From positions 1,302,001-1,366,000 of the forward strand of contig JAQGDQ010000015.1 in NCBI GenBank assembly GCA_030141605.1: a stretch of DNA of 64,000 bases, written 5' to 3'. Position numbers and translations under genes: made by a program. Source of the stretch: Tubiluchus corallicola (Eukaryota > Animalia > Priapulida). Within the stretch, counting starts at the first letter, position 1. Each line of letters opens with the position of its first letter. Below are positions 1 through 39,932 of this stretch, in pieces. The notes beneath the pieces are model-generated. The model saw nothing but the letters and a program-made list of their open reading frames with translations. It searched no databases and was not told the origin of the DNA.

Positions 1-230
1 AAATCTTTCTGGAAATGCTTTTTTGTGAAACGAGTTTTCTAGAAAAAATATTTTCTGGGAAAATTTTTCTGATAATTTTTCTGCAAAGTCACTTTTTCTG
101 TGGAAGAAAATTTCTGGGAAATGGACCTAAACTAACTCGACTTACCCACCAACGAACCTACCTACTTTACCTATCTACCTAACAATCTACCTACCTACCT
201 ACCTACTTACTCTCCAAACCTGCCTATGAA
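1..230. repeat. Degenerate TTTTCTG-type tandem repeat followed by (CCTA)n-like tract; probable non-autonomous element remnant
   Basis: Repeated 'ttttctg/ttttctag' units in 1-120, then 'acctacctacctacctac'-type repeats in about 125-225. Confidence 0.5.
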
Positions 231-2077
231 AGTTGAACACAAAGAATACAGTAACTTCAATTGTACTTGACAATGTCATTTTCCATTTTCAAGAAATCGT
301 TACGTTAGACCCATTTCACAGCGAGGGCGTGCAATGCCTGATGAGAAATTCTGCCGCCTACTAGAACTATGCGTCCTCCTCGTAAGGAATTTTGCCGCGA
401 AATTCAGTCTTAAATTTAACTACTTAATTACTTTTTTCTTATTTAACGAACAACAATTAGCGCATTTCAGCATAAAATTGTAAGATTTGTTCTCTCTTTT
501 AACAGACCGACATTTTATGTTTTATTAATGCAAGACCGATGGCTATATTCGTGAAAAATAAAAATAACGCAAGCATATTTTTATTTTATATGTATGTATA
601 TTTTCAGGTTTTGAATTGGTTAGTAGAACTTTACTAAAAAAACAAACAGGTCTGACATTGCACTGACTAACATTATCAATAATTACTTTGTATTATGAGG
701 AATACGGCAAGTATAACTTGATTTAGTCATGCTTATATAAAGTATAAAGTCGCAAAATAGCTGCAGCTAAGTTGGTATTGCACCACTGACTGCAGGGATG
801 TCAATTCTATGGTACGACAGCGAGACATGCACCCTTTCCGCTGATACCGCGGACTCTTTCCACTTAAGTCGCCTTTGTACTAGAAAGGGAGTAACCCATT
901 CCAATGACTACTATTATCAAGAGGCGCTGTCTTAGTGTCCTCCGCTAACAAACTGGTTTAACTACCTCACATCCTCCACACCCCCGTCTTGCTTGGGTCA
1001 AACAAGTGCATAGGTGTAACACATTATGAAGTACCTCTCTATTGGCTAAGCTTCCTTCCATGATCTGGTTGCCACTGCCACTTAAGAGGCCAAGCACGCA
1101 AGTAAAATAAGAAGCAGTGGTGCTCTAAATGACCTGACAATGGCGTTGTGACGTCGCAGTCAGACATTAACCCATAATTTCCTTCTAGGATCGATTGTTT
1201 ACGAGAAGCAGTCGACTTTCGACTTCTATAGGCACCATCTAGACCATTATATGCCAAGGAAATGATGTCATTGGACACTGATGATATGCAAGGCCAATCA
1301 CTAACTGATTTTTGATTTCTATTGCAAGCACTGATAACGAAAAATCAATTTTCGTGACCATTGTCAGCAACAATGAAGCAGTGATACGTCATAGCAGTAT
1401 TTGACGTCACCATGAGATAACAGGTGAAAAACGACAACATTTTTGGAATCTTCTGGTTGACTTTCCTCTCAGTCAATGATATATATTTTACCGCAGGTGT
1501 CATCTTGGATTTATGCATATATCTCAAAGGTACTAAAGCGAGTACCTAAAACCACATTCTAAAACAGAATCTGAAGGGAAAAATTCTATAGCAATATGTT
1601 CTAGGTACCTTGGTACTTGGGTTACTTGGAGCTATCGTTACCGACGTAAAACGTTTCAATTTTTCAGTAAAGACGCGACTCTGCAGGAAGTACGCCTATA
1701 TTGTGGCTACCGGTTACTATGATTATGTGAATGAAACGTGTGAACTTATGACGCCGCATATGTTTCTATAGCAACTACGTCTTTTTGTTTGGAAACGGAA
1801 AATTTGCTCGGCATTGCAAATAAAGAGTACTTGGATATGGCACGCCTGCTTTTTATAACTGCCCAGTTTGTGATTATAGCAGATAACAGGTACAGTACAA
1901 ACATGGTTATTTTGACATTTCCACAGTACATCTCAATCGTTGACTACCAAATTGAAACTGTCACGTGAAACCACGACATTTTATGTGCTATGCACTAAGA
2001 TCTACTACACAGGTCTAGGTATCATAAATAGACTTAATGTTTTCTTGTCATTAAGAACTGATATGTGTTGTTTTCAG

Positions 2078-4098
2078 CTTAAGTCTTCCAGCAAAGAGTG
2101 ACATCAAAACTGATCAATTTGACCAGGTACACAGTCGTTTTGCCAACCGAATAAAACGCAGCGAACCACTAAGTGTGACAGGAGGAGGCGATACTACCCA
2201 CAAATATGTAGTAGGAGGTAGGTTGCTTTGATAACAATTGTTCAGTGAACTTGTAAAAATAATTTCTAAAAATTTATGCAAGGTACTGCTGTGAAATTTC
2301 ATGTATGTGTATGCGTGATTTTAATATTTAAAGCATGGCAATAATGATAAATCTCATTAAATGTGTTTAGGTGCATGTAGGCGCCAAGTAAAATCGAGTC
2401 AGTTTGTATGGATAACGCTTGATTATTAGAAGTTATTTGTGGAACACCATCAATAATGAGCTTTATTGTCTTGCAAAAGCATACTTTTTCACATTTTTTG
2501 TAATATTGAATGTATTATTGATGTAATAGTAAGCAGCCTACAAGATACAACTTTTGAATCATTTTCTATTTTTACATATAAACCATTTGTTTCTTTGTAT
2601 TTTTTATTTGTAAATCTTGCAGGAAAGTCTCGAGCAGATCCACGAGATTACCCGTGGCAGGTTCTTGTTAAAATGAAAAACATGCCTTGCTTCTGCGGAG
2701 GATCTTTGATTGACAAGTGTTTCGTTTTGACCGCCAATCATTGCGTTGCAAGTATACCAGATGAACTTACTGGTGATGAAGTCACGGTTGTACTAGGTTG
2801 GAAGATAATATTTATATTGATATTTAAATTTTGCCCCAAAAGTAAAGGCTGAACACTTGTGCATTACGGAATCCTCATTAAAGTCCTCATTAAGAATGAC
2901 TAGGGTAAACTTCTTCATTGAAGGTTTACCTTAAATAAAATATTTTATAAGAAATCTGTAGACATATAAAATCACATTGCTTAGCCACGCGATTCTGTCT
3001 CATTGCCACACATAGCACACGAGATCATCATGTGGCGTTTTTATCAAACAGTGGTTCTCGTGGTCAAACTGAAAGGTTGCGTGTGAATTTGTAGTTCGTC
3101 TTGGTCGTTTAAGTTCCGCGTAGGTCTCGTGGCCACTACATAATGAAGACATGTCGTATAATGTAACGTCGGGATCGTTGTCGCTACGTAACATCGCGCG
3201 GTCGCAAGTTACTATACAGTGTTGAAATGTAAAAATAGTTTTCCAGGTCTCTTAAATTGCTCCGTAAGTGTCTATGAAGTAAGTGACTCATATAAAAATC
3301 ATTTTAACGTATACCTTGAACAGTGATTTCTATAACGTTTTGTCGGTACCATGCTCACCTTTGCTTTTGGACTGATCTTGAAATTTCTGAAAGATGCATG
3401 ATGGTTAAACCAGCGGAAGTGGCACCCTGTACACTAGCATATTATAAAATAGCATATTAACCTCAATTTATTTTGCAGGTGAACACCAGAGGTCATCGAC
3501 TGACAATCCTGAACGGCAACATATTAAAGTGAGCAGTCTAAAGAGACATCCAGTTCACGATATTGCTGTTTTGCAACTATCATCAAGTGCCAAGCTCTCA
3601 GAACGTGTTAAGGTCGTTCCAATGGCAAAGTCTACCCCAATCATACCAAGCAATGTCACAGTATCTGGCTGGGGACAAGTAACTCCAGACAGGAATCCTT
3701 TCCGAGGAGTACGAGCGGACGTTTTGCAGTATGCAGAGATCTCGATTGTGGAAAACTCCAACTGTGCCGCTGAGGGCATCATGGTAAAACCCCACCAGCT
3801 TTGCGCTGGAAATTCAATAGGCAACTATTCAAACGCATGTTACTGTGACTCGGGCGGACCCCTTGCCCAGATGCAAGATGGAACGTGGACGTTAGTTGGC
3901 GTAGTCCACGGCGGAAGAGCTGACTGTCCCAGCGAAACTAACCATGCGATCTTCGAGAACGTTGCGAGTTCTTATTCCTGGATTTATTCACATCTTCCTA
4001 AACCGGACAACCCGTCTGATGCGTTCCCGTTTCTGTCCGATGTCGCACCAGAAGCAATTAATGACCGGCTTTCTTATACCTGTCCAGGTTTTTTATAG
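2078..4098 (+). CDS. S1 (chymotrypsin-fold) serine protease zymogen, 5'-incomplete model
   Basis: Exons 2078-2217, 2623-2796 and 3479-4098 have GT-AG borders and join in frame. Translation: ...RIKRSEPLSVTGGGDTTHKY-VVGG...YPWQV...CFCGGSLI...LTANHC (His57)...HDIAVL (Asp102)...VSGWG...CYCDSGGPL (Ser195)...TCPGFL*. The signal-peptide exon was not identified. Confidence 0.92.
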
Positions 4099-5399
4099 CC
4101 GGAAACTAAATGATTTCTGTGCTTTTAATTGGACTAACAGTTATTTAGTATAATTATGCACATTCTTGCTAGGCCTTGAATTCAGGTTTTGAATTAAATG
4201 AACATTTGTGCACTTAGGTTAATGGATCTGCTTTTGAAGACATTACTTTAACTGGATGTACCTTTGTATTAATATCTCATTGTAGTAATAAGTAACTAAG
4301 CTATGAACAGCACTGAAATTAAAATTATTTGTCTACCTTTTGCAGTAATTAAATAAGGTGTATTTGCTCTGATACGACCCTTCGTAAATAAAGATTGACG
4401 TTTCTTTCATACAGAAAATGAACATAGTTTATTTAGTGGGTTAACAAATAATATAAATGCTATATTTTATACGTATTGTACAAAAATTTAATTACCAAAA
4501 TATCTGATGTAATAACAAAACACGTACAAAAAATGAATCTTGCTGGAAAGTCTCTTCAAAATCTTGCAGGAAAATCTACAACAGCAGTGACAAAACAATG
4601 ACAGCCCTAATTCTGCATTACAATTTGAAATAAAGAAGTTATACAAAGTAGTAATACTAAAACAAAGAACACCAAACTTTGTTTCATTGTTTAATTACAT
4701 CATTTATTATTAAAGTGTGTCTTAACTGTAATCACTAAAGTGAAAGTTGTTTTATTTTTAAAAACGCAATGATGCTTGTATTTCGTTATAGTTTATAGAT
4801 AAAGCAAAAGCACTATTTGTGTCCGAATTCCAAAAAAGATTTAAAAAAATTTCAACGACTCCTCTAAAGAATTAGCTTTTTAGTTAATTGCTGTCTCACA
4901 AAAAGCTATCTAAGTTATTTTCTGATATTACATGAACTCTGCATAAATTATGATGACCGAAAGTTTCGCACTGTCAAAATTTTCAGTCGGATTTCTATAT
5001 CTCTTTACATACATATTCTATGAAAAAAATTTTGAATGTTTTTTTTATTTTGTGCAAATGATGAAATAGTTTTTAAATGTAGTACCTTAAATGGTAGCTG
5101 CAAAATAGAAAATAGAAAAAATCCGGATAATGCACCGCAGTGACAGTAAAAATTTGTCATATTACCATCCAGAAAGGTACTATAACAATTTAGTGATAAA
5201 ATGTTAGCTAACTTGACTGTCACTTACAAAATAAATCAAGAATGTAGCTTGAGAATTTTCGGCGGATTAAAATTTGCCGAGTTTTGTTCGTCACACTGAA
5301 TCTTGTACAAGTGTACAAGGAAAACTCGAAGTCCTTTTGGCAACTTTGTTCTTTAAAACTATTTGGAACTGAAGTAACCATACAATACTTTTCTTCAAC

Positions 5400-7700
5400 C
5401 TGCAGAACAAATCAGTTATTTTTGTCGTGTATTACCCATTGTCGTGACTGTTATGATATTAACAACTGGAGAATGATCGCTTCTTTGTCACTTTGTAATA
5501 AATCCTTCTGTGTAGTCATATCACCGTCTTTATCAAAGCTATCTTGGTAGTACAATGCAGAGCGTTTCAAACGATGATGCGCTTGGGGACCAGACTCCTC
5601 CAAAAAGATGCACAGTCATTCTGAGTACATGAAGTTGTTAGTCAATTCGTCCTTTAGGCCGCCAAATGAATCTTTGCATATCTCTACGCTTGGGCAAAAC
5701 AAACACTTGGTGATACATCTCATGTATATCTGCTAGCACGGTAATTGGATATTGCCTAAAGCGCAAGAGGACACCAACCAAGTTACTCGTAAGGTCTGGA
5801 CTTTGTAAAGCCTGTTTGTTCAGTGAGATACCTTCACACTCTGCACCACAGTCAAAAACAACACGGTTTATTTTCTCTCTGGTTTATTTTCGTTAAAGAG
5901 TGGAAAATAAGAGGGACACCAAGTCAGCTGTGCAGAAGCACTTGCTGATTGTTCTTCCATGCATGACTAGCTCTGCATCACCCTTGCTTAGCAAATTGTT
6001 GACTCCACCAGTGTACTTTTGATGAAGAATAGGATTCTTAGCGAACTGCAAGCTCTCTGCAAGCAATCAGGAAGATTGTCATGTTTGCCTTTAAACGGCA
6101 TTTCTAATTCATAATGGCCGTCTCTTCTGGTTATTCGGCTTTCCCAAAGGTTGATGACCACCATTTCTTCTCTGGAATACTACTCATTATCCACAATAGA
6201 ATCTATTTTCCAAAATCTCTCAACTTGCTGCTGCAAGACATCTGTTTTGGCTTCCAAAAACTCTTTGACCAGAACATAATTATTTACTGACACGTTGTAT
6301 ACTTTTCGGCCCCCTATAGGCCCATTCAATGTCCATCACAGCTTCGTCTTGACAACATAAGGAGCGTAGGACCACATCTAATTTGCAGAAGGACCAAGGC
6401 ATCAGGAACGTCAAGACCGATTAGTAAGCTTAGGTCTACATCTCGTCTGTGATGCTCAACCAAAGATGCTGCTATCTCTTGCAAGTGCGGCCACTTTTGA
6501 ACAACATCAATGACTGTCGAATAAAAACATGAGGCAACATGATTCTGTTTTCACCAAAGCTGTCCATAACAACAAAACTTGTAACTAAAGTGTCTGCTTT
6601 ACTTTGGCGCAACTCAATTGTGGTTAGGGTAAGAACATCATGTTTTCCTTCAGCACCTATGCTGTCAAACAACTTTCTGGAACAAAACTGTTTGCAGATC
6701 CAGGGTCTGACAGAACCATGGCTTCAACTGGCTTTCTTCCATGTGCCTGTACTTGAACTTTGACCGTAGGCACTGCTATCTTCTTTCCATTAGGATTGCC
6801 ACTATTAGGATTTGCACAGCTTCAGACTCATCTTTTCTTTCCTGCTCATGAGTTGCAAGCCTATTAACATCTGAAGAAGAGCTGCTCAGCTTCCCCACTG
6901 CATCGAGCAATAAAGTTGAATGCTTCTTGTGTTACATTCATTAACACTGCAAGACAGTTTGAAACAAAGCATAGGCGCTCATTACGCTTTAGTAGTAGTG
7001 GCAGAATTCTTGGCAAAGATGCTCCGTTTAGGTTTGCCCACATTGCATAGGCTACCACACGCAGGGTATTTTCTTAGCATTTTCTTGAATGAACGCAAGC
7101 AAATCATAAATACATGTTTTTCTGATTCACGTTTTGCTATCCTGGACACCACGTCCTTTTATTAGTCATCGAATTTGTATGGCAGTTTCTTAACAATCTG
7201 AACGAGACTTGTCTGTGTGTTAATTTCGTTGAAACTATTCAGTGCTTTCAACGTCGAAACACAGCTTACAAGCAAGTCAGCAAATTCTCGCAGCTTCTCA
7301 TTGTCATTGGCCTTGATTTGGTTAACTTCAATTATTTTTGACATCCAAGCCTGAGCAACCATTAATGAAGAACTGAATCTATCGATGAATAACTGTTTCG
7401 CATGTTTGTACGCTCGACTGGGTCCATCTGCTTACAACTTTCCTAAACTTTTTTGGCTTTTCCGGTGCAAAATTGCATTTCTGAAACATTTGAGCCTCAT
7501 CTTGCGTGTAGCTCTCGACTTTGGCTTCAGAACGTCGTATGAATTGCCAAAAGTTTAGAATATCACCATCAAATATGTTCAACTCTACTATTGCTTTGTA
7601 CATGCTGCTATGTTGTGCTTCAAGCATTATGTTCATGATCATAGCCATATCGTTGCTCTGTAGATGGTAATGTATAGGCATCTCATTCAAATTATCGGTA
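5400..7700 (-). mobile_element. Decayed BEL/Pao-type LTR retrotransposon internal region (gag, protease, N-terminal RT), truncated
   Basis: Minus-strand fragments with frameshifts and stops: ELNIFDGDILNFWQF and LREFADLLVSCVSTLKAL...IVKKLP (BEL gag/DUF1759-like); SDPGSANSF (aspartic protease-like); LLIGLD; FWKIDS; DGHYELEMPFK; VFDCGAECEGISLN...PDLTSNLVGVLLRFR...ADIHEMYHQV; RMTVHLFGGVWSPS (Pao RT motifs). No intact YxDD, RNase H, integrase or LTR seen. Confidence 0.88.
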
Positions 7701-8192
7701 CAAAAGGGTACAAATTCGGTACAAAAGGGTACAAAAGGTGGGTTGAGTAGAGTGAGTACCATACCTATTCTGGTGTGGTATATTAGTGTCATGCGCTAGC
7801 GGAATAAAAACAGACGCTGATGCATTCAGACACTGCTTCTAATTGTACTATTATTCGTAAAAATTTAAGACAAAAATCATAATTTTCATTTGGGAAAATC
7901 CTTGCTTGTCTAGGGCATTCTTTGGCTTGCCACTTAAAATCGTATACTAAATTTGTAGTGAAAAACACCATTTCATACAGTTGTAGGTATTTAATTGAAA
8001 AACATATTGCAGAGATTTTTCTAGTATACATTAATTAATAAATTTTGTTTAAAATTTTTAGAAGTTATTGTTTCATTATTACGATACGAGATTAAAAACT
8101 GATCCTGTCGTATAGAGAATCTAGCGGTTGGTAGCTTACGCATTCGCTTCCTGATCTGCCTCACTGTAAATGATTCAAGGGAACAGGATGGC

Positions 8193-8220
8193 CTTCCGGG
8201 TGAATTTCCGTCTGTGACGC
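8193..8220 (+). promoter_or_regulatory. Candidate proximal promoter motifs of the RPTP gene
   Basis: CTTCCGG (Ets-like), GGGTGAATTTCC (loosely kB-like) and GTGACGC (CRE half-site) clustered about 150-170 bp upstream of the ATG at 8365. These are short motifs and could be chance. Confidence 0.2.
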
Positions 8221-8364
8221 AGTGTTAGTTTTACAGTACATCCCTGTTGTATACTTCATTTTAATTTCTTGTTGTACCGTTTTAGTATTAAGACTATAAG
8301 TATTTAGTATTAAGAGTAAAAGAGCATCGTTATGTAATCCTTTTCGTGTTGCTACTCAGTTAAT

Positions 8365-36631
<28,267 letters not shown>

Positions 36632-37252
36632 TAGCTACTGTATTTGCAGCCAATATATTGCAATTTTATTACATTAAATTTGTCGTAAAAATATTTATAG
36701 ATTAGGTTTTAACGTCTTTTTTACTTTGCTACGCTAAGCATTTTATTATACTTGTGTATTGTGAATTGTGTATTTTTATATTACAGTAAAATTTAAACTT
36801 TTAAACAGAGATTTACTGTGTTGATGTAATTAAATTTATTTAGTATTGTAAAAAGACAAAGCGCGTTTTGTGAGTGTAATTATAGCTATAATTTAAGCAA
36901 GTGCTCTGTGTGTTCACCATTTTCACTATCAACTAGATGAAGGCGTTTCCTCCAACAACAGGCACAATTTTTTACTTCTTTAAGGTATATTTTTTCCCAA
37001 CATTCAGTAATTTTTGTCTTTAGTTCATTTTGTAGCGTTGAAGCTTTCGTAGTGAAAACCTATTGTGTCATAGTATCACGCTGTGAAAATTCAACTTTGT
37101 AGATTACTCACTCCTAATATTATTGCAGTCTAAACTTTGGTGCATTTTTTGTGCGCCACCAAATATTTTCAAAATAATTATTTTTGTAGTTGATGGACAA
37201 TGTGCGACGATGGCCTAAGTGAGAAGTAAGAACCAAGATAAATGGTATGGAG

Positions 37253-37443
37253 TTTACAATTCCCCGCAATTTAAATACCCTAACCCTAACATTAACCCAA
37301 CCCTAACCCAATCCTAACCCTAACCCTAACATTAACCCAACCCTAACCCAATCCTAACCCTAACCCTAACTCAAACCCCGGTCCTAACCCTAATATTAAT
37401 ATTCCACTTCACGAACTTTTTTTGTGTGTGAGGAATTGTAAAA
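37253..37443 (+). mobile_element. Short element with (CCCTAA)n-like core and short terminal inverted repeats, copy 1
   Basis: Begins 'tttacaattcccc' and ends 'gaggaattgtaaa'. The core is degenerate CCCTAA with an exact 40-bp tandem duplication (37281-37360). Confidence 0.8.
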
Positions 37444-38239
37444 TGTATAACACCGCTGCAATTTTTACATCGTTTTATGTCGTCAAATTTTAAAATTTTA
37501 ATTATGGTAATAGTTTTAATAAAGTGGAGTTATTTATAACAATTATTATAACCTCACGCGTTATATTTTATATTAAATTTTGCCCCAGTTGACGATGACC
37601 TTAGATGGTCAAAACGTATTGGAAAATTGTCACAAATTATGGATTATTTTATATTTCCACAATTTATTAACAATTTTATTAAAGTATATCGAAGTGAAAA
37701 GGCCACGTGAAATAGGGGAACTCCTCCCACAGTTAATATGCAAACGGCGAGTCATTTAAAATAAAAAGATATTGACAACGTACTGGACAACGGTCGATTT
37801 GTATAATGTCGTATGGTAAGCTGACAAGGGCAGCTGTTTGCAAAAAAAATTGAAAAGTTTTTGACGATAAACATGTAATTGTCGAAAAAAGGTTCAAATT
37901 AATATTGGGTTTTTTATTTAGATAAAATCTAAATGCATATAGATAAAATTTCCTTAAAAACTACAGCGTTATGATGTCAAGTCTACCTGAAACATGAACA
38001 AACGTTGGGCACAAGTTTTAGGCTTCGCTGAAAATAAAAAAACCCACTGGAAAATTATGAGTTCACTCCAAGTTCCATACCAATACAATTATCAGTTCTT
38101 GGTTAATTAGCGATTTGGCATATTGCGTAATATTTTAATAGCGGCAAATGTATTTTCTGGTTATAATTTTTGCCAATCTTAGTAGCACCATATTAACTGC
38201 ACATAATTGTTTTATCATTAATGTATTAACGTGTATTAG

Positions 38240-38530
38240 CTTAGGGTTGTATTCGATTACCATTAGTATTTAGGGCTAGGGTTAGGGTTAGAGTTAGGGT
38301 AGGGTTAGGATTCGAGTTAGGGTTGGCTTAGGGTTAGGGTTTGAGTTAGGGTTGGGTTAGAGTTAGAGTTAGGGTTGGGTTAGGGTTCGAGTTAGGGTTG
38401 TGTTAGAGTTAGGATTGGGTTAGGGTTAGAGTTGGGTTAGGGTTGGGTTAGGGCTAGCGTTAGGGTTAGGGTTACAGTTAGGGTTAGGATTGGGGTTAGG
38501 GGTATAGTATTTAAATTGTGTGTAATTTTA
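38240..38530 (-). repeat. Degenerate (TTAGGG)n tract, same family in reverse orientation, copy 2
   Basis: About 230 bp of TTAGGG/TTGGG/TTAGAG variants ending 'gtatttaaattgtg', which matches the reverse complement of the copy 1 flank 'gcaatttaaatac'. Confidence 0.85.
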
Positions 38531-39029
38531 CACTTCCCCCCCCCTGAATTTGTTTAAATTGCAGTTAATCGCAGGACCGGAGTGATCGCTTTGCCATCAA
38601 GAATAAAATCGTATGCGTTCGAAAGTTTGGATCGTTATTATGCGCGTTATTATGAGACGCAATCTCGACTGCCCTTGGTGACGAGCGTGACATTCTTTTT
38701 TATTTATTGCCAAAGCAACCGCGCGATGACGCCACAAAGCAGTTCCTGTTCCTGGGTCTGCTTTATTTGCGAGTCTAATGGCGAGTTTAGACTAGGAAGT
38801 TTGCTCTTAGACCACAATGTTTAGAAGTAACTCGCAACAACTCGCAGAAAGTTTTTTGAATAGAGCGAGTTACTGTGAGTTTACTTGACGAGAAAACTCG
38901 CTCATTTAAAATGTGCCGAAAAAATTTCGCTTTACTCAAGTTTATTATTTGTGCATAAAACACATTTTTATATGCTTATTAATGCAACTCGAAGCGAGTA
39001 AGTTACATAAAAATTGACTTTGGCTAAAA

Positions 39030-39138
39030 TTTACAATTCCCCACACACAGAAGCAAGTTCTTGAAGCGGTAGGTTTGGGTTACGGTTAGGGCTAGAGTAA
39101 ATGTTGGATTAGGGTTAGGGTATTTAAATTGTGTAGGA
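39030..39138 (-). mobile_element. Short copy 3 of the telomere-like-core element, reverse orientation
   Basis: 'tttacaattccccacacacagaagcaagttcttgaag...ttagggttagggtatttaaattgtg' matches the reverse complement of both flanks of copy 1. Confidence 0.8.
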
Positions 39139-39932
39139 ACACAAGTTGTTTCAACAAAAGTTGTGCAAAAGACCGGTTATTTGGTGTGACGATGTAGTGT
39201 AATTTTCCCGATTGTAGAAAGCTGGTCCATGACTTTAATATATAACCTCTATATAAGATAAGAATAAAATACTTAATCCTTGTTAGTCCGATTAGTTGAG
39301 CAATAACTTGGTTAATCAAAAATGTAATAATATATTCACCATTTTGTATGAACTACAAACAAACAAATTTTGGTTTAAGCTTAGCATTCATATCACGCAA
39401 CCAATTAGTGGATAACGATGACGTCACAGAGATGTGGCGATTCCTTTTTACTGGATGTCTTCTCCTCCATTTATATGACGCCCAAACAGTAAGACATTCG
39501 TCTTTCCAGACTCACCACAGGTAGGAGAGGACATCAGTGTATCATCAGCAACAGGAAAGCACCATCAGCACTGGTCCACGGGTAAATGTCATCAGCAACG
39601 AATAAGTATCATTAACATTTTAACCATTTCAACGGAAGATGTCGATCCTTTTCCTGCAAGCAAACGCTGCAATGTAACTGCTAGACCATCGTTTTACGAC
39701 AGGAGGGCGTCTGCTCAACTTGACAGCTTAGAGCAAACTGAATTGCCAAAAAATTCCGACTCCTTTGCTTCAATTAAATCATATGCAACGACGTCTTATA
39801 TCCATAATGAACAATTGAACATACAGGCAAAATTTGATTTTATAACAGCTTGGCTTCTTGTGTTATAATTATTATCAAACAGTTTAACTGAACTGTTCAA
39901 AAAAATTGAAAATAATTAATGTTGTAATTATA

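Noticed and set aside
780-1530. GC-richer segment with short minus-strand ORFs as a gene or integrase relic
   Set aside because: Only a vague PWHI..GLD resemblance requiring a frameshift; no supportable domain.
1590-2020. Signal-peptide exon of the protease
   Set aside because: Hydrophobic stretches exist (VLGTLVLGLLGAIV) but I found no ATG with a phase-compatible donor.
37277-38500. Telomere-telomere chromosome fusion site
   Set aside because: Order is CCCTAA then TTAGGG, opposite to a fusion scar; the arrays are about 850 bp apart and share mobile-element-like flanks.
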